Below, one piece after another: positions 25,839 through 40,100 of a DNA stretch of 64,000 nt; the first letter of the stretch is position 1; each line of letters begins with the position of its first letter. The stretch comes from the human T2T-CHM13v2.0 reference genome, Homo sapiens, in NCBI RefSeq assembly GCF_009914755.1, contig NC_060939.1; one strand, written 5' to 3'. Made by a program: the position numbers and the translations under genes. The notes under the pieces are model-generated. The model had not been told where the DNA came from. It was given only the letters and a program-made list of their open reading frames with translations, and did not search any database.

Positions 25839-26660
25839 GTGAGTCCCCGAGCCAACTCCGCCGCGGGCCCCTTCCCCAGCCCGGCTCTCGAGCGGCCGCC
25901 TGGCCCGACGAGGGGGCCGCCCGGCGCTGGGGGCAGGCGGGCATGACCTCGGCCCGGCGTGGAGGTTGGCGAGTGGTGCAGAGGCGGCCGCCGGGGGAGC
26001 TGCCGGCCGGGGCTGCCAGCGAGCGGGTAGCGGGCGGGACCGTTGATGCCGGTAGCAGCTCGCGCGCGTCCGGCTGGGGCAGGGGGTGCCGGGGGAGGAG
26101 AGGCGGCGGGCAGGTGGGCGTGAAACTATTCCTCTCCCCCCCATAAGAGCGGAGCGAGACGGTGAGTTCAGGGTTCTCCTTGGAGAGGAAAGAAAAAGCG
26201 TCGGGGTTTTCAGGTGACCTGCACATGGGAAGAAAAACCAGTTAGCATCCTGCGTCCTCTACTCTCCATTGCATCCTCCTCGAGAACAAATCTATTATGC
26301 ATCATTTTCTCCGGGCGCTTTCTACATCCGCCAATTACAGGGGGATATAACAGCTTAGAGTGAAATGCGCCCTAGTGTGGCCCTGACCTGAGCCGGGGCT
26401 GCAGGGGGAATATTCCCACCCGGTATCCCTATAGCCCTCTTTGAGCGTCTGGGATAAAGTTACGGTACCTAGAGAGCAGCTGCGAGTTTGTGTAGTTCCT
26501 GCTATCCACTCTTAGTGCTAAATTCCCCATCGTGGTCTGTCGCCCACAGAAGGTTGCACCATTTTCCACAATGAATATGTATTTTATTTGCCTCCAGAAA
26601 GGGGATGTTAATGCTCAGAGGGCCCATGGGTGCGTAACATTTCAGAGGAAACAGCTTGTA

Positions 26661-26671
26661 ATGACTCAGCA
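26661..26671 (+). promoter_or_regulatory. NRF2/NF-E2-MAF antioxidant response element (ATGACTCAGCA) with embedded AP-1
   Basis: Exact RTGACTCAGCA consensus 0.8 kb into intron 1; binding not demonstrated. Confidence 0.45.
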
Positions 26672-28777
26672 CTGTCAGGTACCTACTTTGTCGCTTTCGC
26701 CTCCTCTGCTCAGGTGGTCGCAACTTGAGTTCCAGAGAGCGTGCTTCCACACCTAAGTACAGTCCTGTCTAAACGGGAAATTTTTTTTGAGAGTTTATAG
26801 TGTTAAATCATTACTTGGCTATTGACCCGCAACTGGAATCAAATGTCATAGACTTTGAGTATTCCTGAGCAAGTTTGATGGAGATAGAATTGGACAAGAT
26901 TTTGGCCATTGAATAACCACATCCAGAGATAGAACCACGCGTATCCTGATGCTATGATTAATCCCTCATTCCTGGCCTTGGGGTAAAGTTCATGAGGGCC
27001 AGAGGCTGGGGGCTGTATACCATTCATAAACTATCTCTTAAGGCTCAGGGCTCACTGTTAAAGGGAAATACAAGCAGTGCTTGGTCTCCGGTGTTGAGGA
27101 AGTTAGGTGGTTGTGAGAGAGGGGGTCTTCAAACTCAGCTCTGTTCCTGGGGTGACAGAATTTCAGGGCTTTTGAAAATCAAATACATTTCTGTTGCTCA
27201 TTCTGAGACGAAAAGCGTTTACATCCCGGTCTCTGTCTTGTGCATTCGTAACTTGTAGACTGCAAGTGAACCCTGTAGTCAAAAGCATACCTTGTTTTCT
27301 GTTCTATAAAATACACTTATTGTGTCTATAGTTATAATATGCAGTTGCAGACAGTACCTATTAGCCCTTGGAATTTGAGGGATAGGGGATAATTGTGTTT
27401 TGGGAGTCAGTTTATCGGCACTTCCTTAGGGGAAATTTAACTGTTAAAATATTTAAATAAGTACATGTATTACAGAGATGCAAATTCACATTAATAAAAT
27501 ATATGTGGGTCTGTACTGTGACATATGCAAAGTACATAATACCTAACCGGGTCTATGTTTAGAAGGAGGTAATTAGTATATCAACAGCTGCCTCCACTTT
27601 AACGGTTTGTTTGCCTCAAACCAATTTTGCTCGGTAGAGTGCATTATTCATGTGTGGCAAACACCCGCAGAACTTTTCACCCCAGGAGTGATAAAAGCGT
27701 GGGCTTACTATTTTTCGGTTGCAGTGATCTAAGGATTTGACAAATAAATGAAGCTGGGCTGCAACTAGATGAATGGCCTAGCTCCTTTAGAAAGTTAAGA
27801 AGCCGAGTACTCCTGGAGTGGTGGACTTCTGGAGGCAGGGCTGGCCCCAGGAGATAGGAGGTTGACTTTAATCCCAGAACAGGGGAATGGCAAGCAGAGG
27901 AGGAATTCGGTCCACCTGGTGGCGGCATCCTAGCACTTCTAGCCTTCGCTGATGGAAAGCCTGGTTGGGTGGGGTAGGGTAACAGGAGTCAACAGGTGAC
28001 TTGCAGAAAGCAGCTGGAGGCCCAGGAGAGGACAGGCCTAGGAAATTGAATTCATTTTGATTACTAGGAGTGGAGGCATAAGGCTCTAAGGGCTCTGCTT
28101 TGCCCGGCTGCCCTCGTCTTTGCCTTGCCATCGGAGCCTCATGAAAATAAATAGTTGGCTTGTCAGGGTTGACTGACTCAGCTTGCTATGGGCTTTGCTC
28201 TTCTGGGCCACTTCAGAGTTTTCTCTTCATCTGTTATTTGGGAGATGGGGAAAAAAAGTTTGCTCCTTCAGCCATGCGAGACTTCTCTGTGGATAATTGG
28301 AGAATGAAATATTGCAGGCTGTTTGCAGGAAAGGCACATTTCTTCCTTTTAATTCATCATGGCTTTCTTAGGAAACCTGAGACCTTGTGTCTGTAGGGGA
28401 CCACAGGGCAGGGTCCACGTGCTAAGTGTGCGTTATACGTGATCCTTACCTTGGCAATCAGCCTGCCTCTCTAATGAGGCATTTCCAGATACTTGAGGAA
28501 GGACTTGCCTTGGGACAGTGCCAGTAATGCTCCCTTTCACAGAGAGGAGGGTGGTTACAAATTCTATGCCAACGATGTTATTTCCTATTAGATTCCCAGA
28601 GTCCACCTTCTTATTTCATCTCCCCAGGTGCCTTAAAATATTGCAGTTTCATTTCCTTATTTTTTTCTGAAAAGACAAATTTCTCAGTGTCCTGAATGAC
28701 ACTAGTGTAGGCTTCCCAACTGCAGAACTGAAGCAGAAGGTTGCCTGTGATTTAAGAAGCAACTTTGAGAAGGAGGA

Positions 28778-28780
<3 letters not shown>

Positions 28781-28834
<54 letters not shown>

Positions 28835-28875
28835 AAATGTGTGTGTGTGTCTGTGTGTGTGTGTATGTATGCATG
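28781..28875. repeat. Compound (GT)n(GA)n(GT)n microsatellite
   Basis: Seen directly. Confidence 0.95.
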
Positions 28876-31309
28876 TGTTTGTTTTCCACCAAGAACCTGC
28901 CCAGGGAGGAAACTCAAAGGAAAACTGTATTGTATATAAGGCCATCAATTGTTAGGCTAGGCTGGGGGCCTGCAACTTTTGCCTTGGTGTCAGGCAGTAC
29001 AGAAAGACACTGATCCTGAAAGCCAGACTCAGTGATCTAGATAAAGTAACCCAGGTGCAACCTGGGCCAACTGTGGATTCTGAAATCTATTACGGTTACA
29101 AACATCTTAACTGGAAACCATGCTTCAGATAAACCAATAGTCACAGGGATGTTCCATCATAGTCACCTAAACCTCCTGACTGGCTATGACATAATTTTTG
29201 CAGCATAAGAGGAGAGGCCTGCTCGGTTTGATAGTCATTTTGTATGGAACAGAGAATGCAATTTAATTTTCTTCTACTTGGGTTTTGGCTTCGAGTGGCT
29301 CCAGTCCTGTTTGCAAGGATGTAACATGTGCTTAAGTCTTGGACTGGTTGGAGAAGATGCAGGCATATGAGAACTGCATGGGGAGAAAGTCATTTTGTGT
29401 GTGCCTATTGGTGTTTTGCAGAGACCCCCTAAAATGTTTTAAGCCACTCGCTGAGGGTAGCCCTGCATATAGAGGTTTCTGTGTGGTATCAAATTACTGA
29501 GGACTGGAGTAGATAAGGGTGTGTACAGGAAATTAAAGCCTCTGACACTTCTAGATGATTAGTTTGAGGCATACATACAAATACATTTGAATTTCCTCAG
29601 GTTGAAAACTGAAAAAAGGCCAGTCTAGTTTCCTGGGTGGGGCACAAAGGGAGTTCCTGTGAACAAGGGGTAGGTATTTCCCTATTTAGAGTTATAGAAA
29701 AATAAGTTTGAGGTTGTGGTGACAAAATAATGACATAGATGACTGAGTGTGGTTAATGAGGCTCTATCTCACTGCTTTGTAGTCACACTTTTTCTTTCAG
29801 CCTGAGAATAGTCAAGTGGGCTTGCAATTAATGGGTGAGGCGAAACTGCTAGGTTTGTTACTCCTTTTTTTTTTCTAAAGAAACATCATTTCGAAGATGA
29901 GTTTCTGCATATTCAACCCAGAAGCAGACAGCTCAGGAAACTGTCTGTTGACATTTTCAACAGAGAGAGACATTTTTAAAGTCCTTGTCAAATTACTATG
30001 ATGACTAAGGTAACCGTATTTTATTTAATCAAATTATTTTATACACTTATGCTTACTCAAAGTGACAAAATTCCTTGCCATTTCCATAATTACTATGTAG
30101 CCCCAGGTAGTAAGAAATAAAATTACCTTGATTTTTTTTTTCCTTATAGCTAGATTCAAAATGTTAATAATTATTAAGGGAAAAAGGTGTTTCTGAAAAT
30201 TCTTTTCAGCCAGGTTTGTGTATTTATCTTTGTTTGTGAGGGGGTTTTTGTTGGTGTATTTAACAATAGAAGAAACTGAATGAGTTGTAAAATGAGCGAG
30301 GGCTCTATCCTGCATTTTGTTAACTCTTCCCCTCATTCAATTTTAGACACCTTATGAAAAGGATCGCCAAGAGGCCTCTCTGCAGTGGCACCGCCTTGCT
30401 AATCAATTGCCCAGCATTTGCAGCTCATCTTGGGTGCTGCTGGAATCGTGTTTTCTGTTATGCTGCATGGGCTGCTTCTTGCACGAAGTCATTGGTGAAC
30501 TGCTGGGCAAAGGCAGCCCCACCAACAGGGTCTCTGTGAATTTATTTTGCACACCTAAAAGCAAACTTTGAGGTGCTGCCTTGATCAGGGACTGTATTCT
30601 CTTAGCAGATTGGCCTGGATGAACAAGGGTAGTATTGCAAAAATGATGAGGATACAGCTGCATTTCATGCAGAAAGAGTGAAGAATAAAACTCCCTACTA
30701 GCTGCATTTCTCTGGCTTTAGTTCCAACTCGCGCAGATTTCACTACATGCATCATTTAATAAGCATGTTTCTCTAAAGTGGAGTCAAAGTACTTCTCTTC
30801 TGCATATGTACTCTATTCTGTACATTGCCGCATGCATTGCATATTTACATACGTGTTTGTGTACAGCGTTGCATACAATGAATATTGTATGCCATACTTT
30901 TTGAAGGTGCGAAGGGACATTTCAATGGTAACTTTGACTGTATGGTTGACACATGGATTTGGAACCGTTCTCCCCTGAAGAAAATCTCGGTATTTTCTTG
31001 CCTCTCGGAAATGCCTTTGGTAATCTGTAGGCCAGAAAGATAGCATCCTTACTCTTTCAATTCATTTTTATTTTCGGTTTCTATGTCTGTATCTGGAAAA
31101 CAGATATAAACAGGAAAAACAGTGGAATCATGGACCTTGGCTCATAGGATAAATGAATTGATGTGATTCAAAGACACTTGTATTTTATGTAGCCTAAGTG
31201 TTTATGTGTTAGCATGAGACAAATTATTGCTTAATGGTTAAAACTCCAAGTTAAATGATTACAGTTCCAAGGTGGAGAAAGGCAAGTGTCTGTGGCAGCT
31301 GTCGCTTAT

Positions 31310-31550
31310 TCGATGAGTGTTAGAAGACTGGGATTCATGCCTATGTCCTCCCCTTACCTGCTCTGTGACCTTGAGCTGTTTACTTAATCTCTGTGTACCT
31401 CAATTTTTCATTTTATAACTGGGGTTATAATAGTACCTACCCTCTGTTTTGCTGTGAGGATGAACTGAGTCAGTACATGTAAAGCACCTTGAACAATATC
31501 TGGCACATAGTGAGTGCCCAGGAAATATTAGCTATTACTATTAATAATAA
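31310..31550 (+). mobile_element. MIR SINE
   Basis: CTGTGACCTTGAG..TTACTTAATCTCTGTGTACCTCAATTTTTCAT...GGCACATAGTGAGTGC. Confidence 0.8.
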
Positions 31551-32004
31551 TATGGTTATGCATATTTACTGCAAACATAATAACCGTGTAGCCCCAACCA
31601 ATGAGAAATAAAATTATTTCAATTAAACTTTAGTTTTGGTTTAGTGAATTGCATATTCAAGTAGTTTCCTATTCTACATGGACATTTTTGTCTGGGAGGT
31701 AAAAAGTTTTTAAGGGCAAGTAATAAGCTAAATATCAGTTGCTAATTCTGTTTATTCCCTTATAAATATAGCAATCCATTTCATCTTAAAGATGCTATAA
31801 AAATTAGTCACATGGGAGAGGAGCCCACTGCAGGAATGGTGATTCATGTTGATCATTTACAGTCCATGGGTACTTGAAGGAGGTTAAAGCAGGGCAGGCA
31901 GGACTGGCTGGGCGGGGCAGGTACCCTGATGCTTCACTTTGGGAGGTCCTCAGTATCTCTTGCTGTGGTCTGTGGCCACTGGGTGCTGAAGGCTGAGGGT
32001 AGGT

Positions 32005-32170
32005 GGAAAGAATGTTGGACTTGGAGTTGGAAGACCTGGATTTGAACTTAGACTTGCTATTTCCCAGCTCCTGGCAACTTCACTTACTCGAGCCTCAATA
32101 GCCTCATCTGAAAAATGGGGATAATGATCAAGCTTATCTTACAGATGGTTGTGAGGTTTAAACAAATAGT
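32005..32170 (+). mobile_element. MIR fragment
   Basis: GGACTTGGAGTTGGAAGACCTGG...CCTCATCTGAAAAATGGGGATAAT. Confidence 0.7.
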
Positions 32171-33384
32171 CATGTGATAGAGTACTTCTCATAGGGTACA
32201 GTATTCCACAGTTGCTTTAACAGTAATGGTATAACCCTGCTCGTTGACATTAGCACCAACAAAAGTCCCTCCCAGGGAGCTGAGGATTTGGAATATTGTG
32301 TGAGGCCAAGGCTTCTGTTTCCTAAACTGGTGATCTGGGCTCCTGAAGCTTGCTCTGCTTCACTGGCTGAAAGGCTGAGTGACCAATTCAAGGGAGCCCG
32401 AGGTGTCAGGAGGGCGAGGACAAAGGGACATATGTTGTGGACATATGCTGCCCTCCAGGCAGCCTTGTTTAAAACGTGCCTTCGCAGAGCTCAGCCTTGG
32501 TTGCCCAGAGGGGCTCAGGTCTCACGTCTTGTCTGCTGCCTTCACCTCGTGTTCTCTTGCAGTATTAAGTGGACTCTGGCAAGCAGGTCTGTGGGCATTT
32601 CCCCACGCTTGGTCTTTTTTTTTGGTTTCTCATAAGCAGAACAATGGACCTGTTCCTGCAACCTGGTTTCCCATCCCATGGATTCATCCATCTCGGCTTA
32701 CGGACATACCTTCTGCACAACACCACTCCCGTTCCATCTGTAGTCTTAGAAGCAGCCTTCCCGCCCCCAGTCTGGTCACACCTGTCCTTGCGAAGGATAG
32801 AGAAGGAATTGGGCCTTTCTCAGTGAATCAGGTGGCAGTGTATGTTTTAGGTGAGTTTTTAGATTCACCTTCAAATGCCACAGGCTTCAGGAGAGAGTCT
32901 GTGCTCAGAAGACCTCAGAGCCCCAAAGCCGGGTCACTCTGATGACTTTGCCGAGGGAGGAATTGTGTGTAAAGCACTGAATCTTGTGCAGCCACAGGTG
33001 TGGAGTGAGCAAGCCAGGGGAGCCTTCATCCATGAGTTCCAGTGACAACACAGAGACTGGAAACATTCCCTTGGATGTACACAGAACCTCAGCAGTTGGT
33101 GACTCCCAACTTCTTTATTTCGGTTCTTCTTTGTGGTTTTGAGTCGAGTGCCTCTGAAAAGGGAAGCCCTTACTGAGGACTTAGCAGCTCGATTGTTTAG
33201 TAGAAACGGTGTTAACAGCCTCGTTATTTCCCATATGACTGGGCATTCCTCTTTAAACACGGAATAGTTGGTCATTAGTACTTTCCTGAACTTAGACAAT
33301 AGTTGCACTTATTCCTCCTAATCAACACACATTGAAAATATTTAAAAGCAAAAAGTAACATAGGCTGCCATAAGCCCCACTTTT

Positions 33385-33737
<353 letters not shown>

Positions 33738-33890
33738 TGAACTCATCTTTCCCTTTTGCCCTCATGATTTCCTTTATAAATACCCCTGCCATGACTTTTC
33801 AGTACTCTCCTTTTCATGGACGTAATAGTCCAAGTGGCATTTTAAGTTATCTGGTAATGGACTCAGAGAGCCCACTGACTGTAATGATGA

Positions 33891-34160
<270 letters not shown>

Positions 34161-37100
34161 TTAGCATTGGTTTTGGTTAAAATCTTTGCCCTCTGAAAAT
34201 TCTGGGAACAGGCTGTGCCCATAAACCCATCCCATAGGCAGTGATGGGACTACCACATTTGTTCTGCCAGGTTGTCCTTTGGGACAACTTTTGGGTGTCT
34301 GGATAATGAACCTGTTCAGATAGGCCTTGAGACTTTCTTGGTAGCTCTAAAGTCTCTTCTGGCTCTCCGTCCATTGATACCTAAATTTCTAGTTGTGCAG
34401 AGCGTGAAGAAATGAGCAGGGGCTGATGAGGCTTTTAACAAATAGTTCCGGAGAAAATAATAGAAGGCAAACTAAATCCCTGCTCACAAAACTACAGGAA
34501 TTTGAGGGAGTTAGAAGTGATTATTTTTACCGCCATTTCTGCACTTGCAAGGTTGATGTAGGGAGAAGTGTCACAATGATGTTTTTCATTTAAAGACTAC
34601 TGTAAAATATTAATGGGAATGGCTATTGTCTTTCACCCCCTTTGCAAGAGGCTTATGTAAAATAGGCAGGCTGTTTCTAATTGTTGAATTTGTCTCCCAA
34701 CTTCAGCTGATTAGAAGGAGAAATTACCACCTTGAATATAAGCAGGTTGAAATTGGGAGAGCTGCCCTCAGCTGATTATATAAGCTATAAAATACAGCAC
34801 CTAAAGTCTTATGTTTACTCTGCTAAGAATTCCCTTAATGAAGATGAAAATTTCTAAGCAGCATGGACCCATATGTGTTTATTATGTAAGATTCAATTAT
34901 GGTGATCCAACCTGTAAAATAAACAGTGGGGCTGATTAATCTCTTTGTTGGCTTTTGGGTCAGAGAATTGTTTAAAGTAGATCCACAGAGCCACCTAGAG
35001 CTGTCCCCCTGGAACTCAGCTGGCTGTGGTGTCAGCACCAGCTCCCCTTCTCTCCAGGGGTACAGGAGGCTTGTCCTGGGTCTGTGGTCACTGTAGCTTT
35101 CAGGGTGGTGGAGGGCAGGGCCCCCTTAAGGTTGGCTTTCGAGGTTGCTCGTGCAGTGTAGTGGGATGGCCGTGAGTACAACCACTGCCGGTTGTGACAG
35201 ACACCATCCTTTGGCCGTTTCATTTCTCAGAGTGCTGCTGTGATAGCACTTGGAATTTACTGTGTCTTGTGGGATGCTTTGCATAAGCAGCATGTATTCC
35301 AGTGTGGCACATCACACCATCCTCTTCTTGAAGCTATACATGCGTGGGGTGCACAGCACACCACACGGTCAAGTTCAGCTTTCCAACCTCCTCCTGAAAT
35401 GTAGGAAAGGAGCATATTTTTTTGGCCGGAGTGATGATTGAGGAGAAGAAACTTAAAGGGAGCCAGGCCCATGAAATAGATGTAGAAGAGCTTCAGAGAA
35501 GCCTCTCCTGTCCTTATGCAAAAAACTGAGGGCAAGACTCCTGACTTATTGTGTGGCATGTCGTGTCGCCTCCCCAGTGCTGGTACATACTTTGTAGGTT
35601 GGGAGGCTTAACATGCCAGTGACAGTTTCTCAGCCAGCCAAAGAGAGGATATCTTTTGGAAACAAAAACCATAAATTAGCACCATTCCTTTACCTTTGCC
35701 AAGCTGTATACATGCATCAAGGAGATGCATATAAATAGATCAAAAAGCCAGTGAGCAGTTTTGCAGCTTTGCAGCTTGCACTTGATGGAAGCAGATGGGG
35801 AGGTTCTCCTTGCTGCACTAGGCTCAGAGTGGCACGTGGAGCCAGCAGTGCTTGGGCTAAATCCAAATACAACCTTGTTCGATTTCTAGAGATGGACATG
35901 TGCAATCGACTGTCCAACAGGCATATTGTTTCTGTGGCCCAGGGTGGGCCTGTTTTTAGGTCTTCTTAAGTATAACATCGTAGAATCTCTGCATTCATTG
36001 CTTTCATGTTAGGCAAAATCAGGGCACAGAATTGAGGCATTTACCCAAATGTGCAGCCCCACCCTCCGGAGCCAGCTCACATTCGCTGGCAGGTATAAGC
36101 AGGTGAGCAGCCAGGAAGGAAAGACAACTGATAGTTTTAATTTTGGGAATAGCAATTATAAACAAGTATAAATAAAAATATTGTTTTGGTGAATACTGGG
36201 GAAAAATCACTTCTCTTATTCTCTTTTAAAATGTTCCTCTTTTTTTTTTTTTTTTGTCTAAACAGGCTTAATGCTTTCTAAGAGGTACCCTACCTATCCT
36301 TAATGGAGTGAACAGATAATATATATACATTTATATTTATTTGCCTTCTGATGCTTAGGATTTCATTGGGGAATACTTTTGTATTTAAAAATAACAGTGA
36401 CAGGGAGGTGATTAAAAATAGCTCAAGGGCTTGTGGCACCCAAGGCTATCAGGGGAACTATTTTGTGTGACAAGTGACACATTTAAATCCCCCAAAAGGA
36501 AGCTGAGTGTTCTCCTGTTGAGGTCTGTCGCCTTGGTGCTGCTTTTTGCACCCGGTGAGCCCAACAGTGATGGTCACAGGTGTTCATTTCCGCTCTGTCA
36601 CGTCCTGGTTGTTTGTTTTCTTCCTACCTCCCTCCACTGGCCCTTGACCCCATCAGTGTCACGCCTCACCGTCCCTGACAGGATGTCACAGTCACATGGG
36701 TAGGGACTCTGGGAGTCAAGACCTAGGCCACTCCTGAGTGGGACTGTCACGGCAGGCATTTGCCATGGGCAGTGTCCTTTCTGCCCCCTCCGTGGTTGGC
36801 CACCCGCTGTCCCTATCCAGTGGATAATGGAGCTGAGCGTGGTCTCTTACAAGCCTTTCAGATCCAATTCCACCTTTCACCACAGACTGTATGTGATTCC
36901 TGCCTTCCTGGACTAATTCTGAGCTCTTTTGTACTTTATTTGGGAACAGGAATAAGTGGGGACTTGACATTTTATTTAAACTTTTCCTTTTGTAGAGTTC
37001 GTAGGACAGTAGGATTATTCCCTAACATTTTCAATATCTCAGATGCTAGACCAAAATTGGGTCATATTATAAGTGAGAAAGTGACTTTCACAGTTTATCT

Positions 37101-37174
37101 GTTGGTGAGGTGGACATGGGCTTGGAGGGGAGAGGGTGGATGAGATGGTAGGCATTTCAGAAGGAAAAAACCAG

Positions 37175-37611
37175 GTCTATTCATTAACTAGGGCTGCTGT
37201 AACAAATTACCACAAACTGGGTGGCTTGAAACAAATTTTTTGTCTGACAGTCCTGCAGGCCAGAAGTCTGAAATCAGGGCATCAGCAGGGCCGTGCTCCC
37301 TCCTAGACCCTGCGTAGAACCCTTCCTTGCCTCTTCATGGCATGTGGGGGTGGCCAAGGGTCCTTGGATTCCTTGGCTCGCAGCTGCATCACTCCCATCT
37401 CTGCCTTTGCTGTCACATGGTGTTTCCCCCGCGTCTCTCTCTCTTCTTCTTCTAAGGACACCGGTCACATTGGATTAGGGCTCACCCTAATGACCTCATG
37501 TGACTAGCTTACATCTGCTAAGTCCTCGTTTCCAAATTAGGTCACATTCACAGGCACTAAGAGTTAGGACTTCAGTTTATCTTTTTGGGGAAAACAAATC
37601 AATTCATAACA
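37175..37611 (-). mobile_element. MLT1C-like MaLR LTR
   Basis: AGGGCTGCTGTAACAAATTACCACAAACTGGGTGGCTT...GGCCAGAAGTCTGAAATCA...AGGTCACATTCACAGG. Confidence 0.8.
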
Positions 37612-39772
37612 CCGGAGAAGAAAAGAGCAAAGGATCCTAAAACAGTCTGTGTGTACAAAGAAAACAAAGGCAAACTCTGTCTTCTTAAGTGTTTGGGTGA
37701 GGTAGGAGGATTGTTGGATATTCGTAAGAGAGTCGTTCATACCCAAAGATATCATTTCAATCTTCACAGAAATGCGGACAGTCCCTGTTTCCTTTCTGTA
37801 AGAAGGTAACCATGTTACTCTCTGGGGTGGTGGTGATTAGACTTGCAGGAATGAACCTAGTTGGATGATTCGTTAGCTTCAAACACATCATTTTCTCTTC
37901 CTGGGCCTAGCCGAATGCTGGGATTGGACTGATAGTCATGTCATTTGATTAAGGAGAATGCATGTAAAAAAAAATCCTAGACAGATATGTGGGTGAGGAA
38001 TATGTGTTTGTGTATTTACTGTGTGTATGTACATAGGTACTCATCCATGTTCCCATCCCTCACACCCAGGATTCCTTAGCAGGAATCAGGGCTGGTAAAA
38101 TCTGCAGCTGGCTCTGTCTCCTTCCTGAAGCCCTATCCGATTCAGTGAGACCAAAAGAGACTTTATCACTGTGCGCTGTGCCAGCCAGTCTCAGATTTGG
38201 CCAGGTATGTATTAAGTTAGCACCAGACATCTGCATTCTAATCTCATCCATCTCTGTGGTTTTTTTGGTGGGGGTAGGAGTGATATGGTTCCCAGAATTT
38301 CTCTGCACAGGCTCCTTTTTTAAAAAAAAAAAAAAAAAGAAAAAAAAAATGTCAGCTTGATCTCTGCCAAACTAATTAACTTCGACAACTTCCTTAAGTG
38401 CTGCGAGCAATATAGAGTTGAGTAAGGCATGTTCTTGGCCCTCATGGAGTTGATTTATCGTGGGGGGGGAGATGACATGTTTATAATTTTTTCATTAATG
38501 ACTCATTCATTAGGACGTTTCAGGTCCTGGGCCAGGTGGCAGCCAAGCCCTCTGGAAGCCTCATGTCTGGTCTAGTTGTATTACAATAGACCAGACTAAA
38601 AATAGAAGCAAAGCATTGGGCCAGGGTGGGAGATGGGCCTGGGTAGACTGGTCGGAGATATAAAATAATTTTCTCAACCTTGGTTGGGGATAGATCCGAG
38701 GGTAGCAAGATGTCAAGTGGAACCGTTGGTGAGAGGCTGGCTGCGGAGAGTCATTGGAGGCAGCATGTGATTGGAGACCTGGGATGGAGAAGGGGAGGGC
38801 TGGAAACCCAGGGCCACAGCCGGGCTGGGGCATGTCAGGGCTGGCACTGTGGAGTGCCACTCCAGTTAGCAGCGCGGAGGCTGTCGGCATCTCTCTCGGC
38901 CAAGCTTGGATCCCTCTGCCCCTCCTCCCCTGCTTTGAAGTGGTGTGGTGAAATGTGGCTGGAAGTCAGTCTGCTAGCCTGTGGAGGGACCTTCATCCAG
39001 GGCATGCTCAGACTCAGCTAGAAGCAAGCACAGCTTCCTCGCATGCTGAGGCCAAGGGGCTGAAGGATGCAGAATGCTTCTTGTACTGGAATGCTGTGCT
39101 CACCAGTATGGGTGCCACATGGGAGGGGGGCAAATATAGGGTCCTGGGCCTGAGGACAAAATGACACCTCTGTATTAAACCTCTCTTTTGCATATGTACA
39201 AATTAGATTCTTGCAAGATGAGCTAACATTAGGAAAGGTCCTATTATATTTGACTTTTTTTTTTTTTTTAAATAAAACCACTTTTGCTTGGCCTCGGATG
39301 TATCAGTTCTGGATAACTTTAAAGCTGGTAACAGAACAAACTGTGTTCACACACAGGAAATGTCTCCAAACAAAAAGTGGGTGTGCAGTTTACAGTTTAA
39401 AAATTGGATGAAGGCCCTTCAAACTTCCCCTCCTGTTCTCCTTGGGAAGAGCTTGGCAGGCTGCTGAGAGAGGCCACTCCTCCCTGGAATAGGTAGTCAC
39501 CGGGGCCTGGGAAGGAAGGTAGCCTGTGAGTGGAGCTGCCTGGTGACTGGGCGGAGGCCCCGGGTGTTCTGGGGGCTGGGAGGCCTGTGGAGGTTTCCTT
39601 TCAGCTTCAAGGACTGTGTGAAAGGTTGTGTGAGTCAGGTCAGGAAGCATTTCTGCGCTGTTGCTCCAAGCCTGTGGCCGGCCGATCCAAGCGCTGGCTG
39701 AGCTAGCTGGAAAGCTCTGTGAGCATCCTATGTCTGTGTCTTTATCTATTCATCGCCTGGCTCTAGTGCTAG

Positions 39773-40100
<328 letters not shown>

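Larger units (their letters stand above)
24430..26220. promoter_or_regulatory. SLCO3A1: CpG-island promoter of SLCO3A1 (GC boxes, inverted CCAAT at 25389-25393, no obvious TATA)
   Basis: Abrupt rise in GC and CpG density against CpG-depleted flanks. GGGCGG/GGGGCGGGG boxes at ~25426 and ~25546; ATTGG at 25389; spans exon 1. Edges approximate. Confidence 0.92.

Noticed and set aside
25281-25946. 221-aa ORF as a single-exon gene
   Set aside because: It is SLCO3A1 exon 1 plus open leader and read-through into the intron past a canonical donor.
24651-26144. 497-aa antisense ORF and other long overlapping ORFs (24452-25276, 24883-25581, 25088-25822)
   Set aside because: Low-complexity R/P/A/G content in several frames at once is expected from stop-codon scarcity in a CpG island; most start at non-ATG codons and none has a recognisable domain.
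26406-26417. Palindrome GGGAATATTCCC as an NF-kB site
   Set aside because: Does not fit GGGRNWYYCC spacing well; insufficient support from sequence alone.
30871-30892. 9-bp-stem hairpin GCATACAAT-GAAT-ATTGTATGC
   Set aside because: Short enough to arise by chance in 64 kb of AT-rich DNA.
32379-32942. 187-aa ORF in intron 1
   Set aside because: Non-ATG start, no recognisable homology, no OATP similarity.
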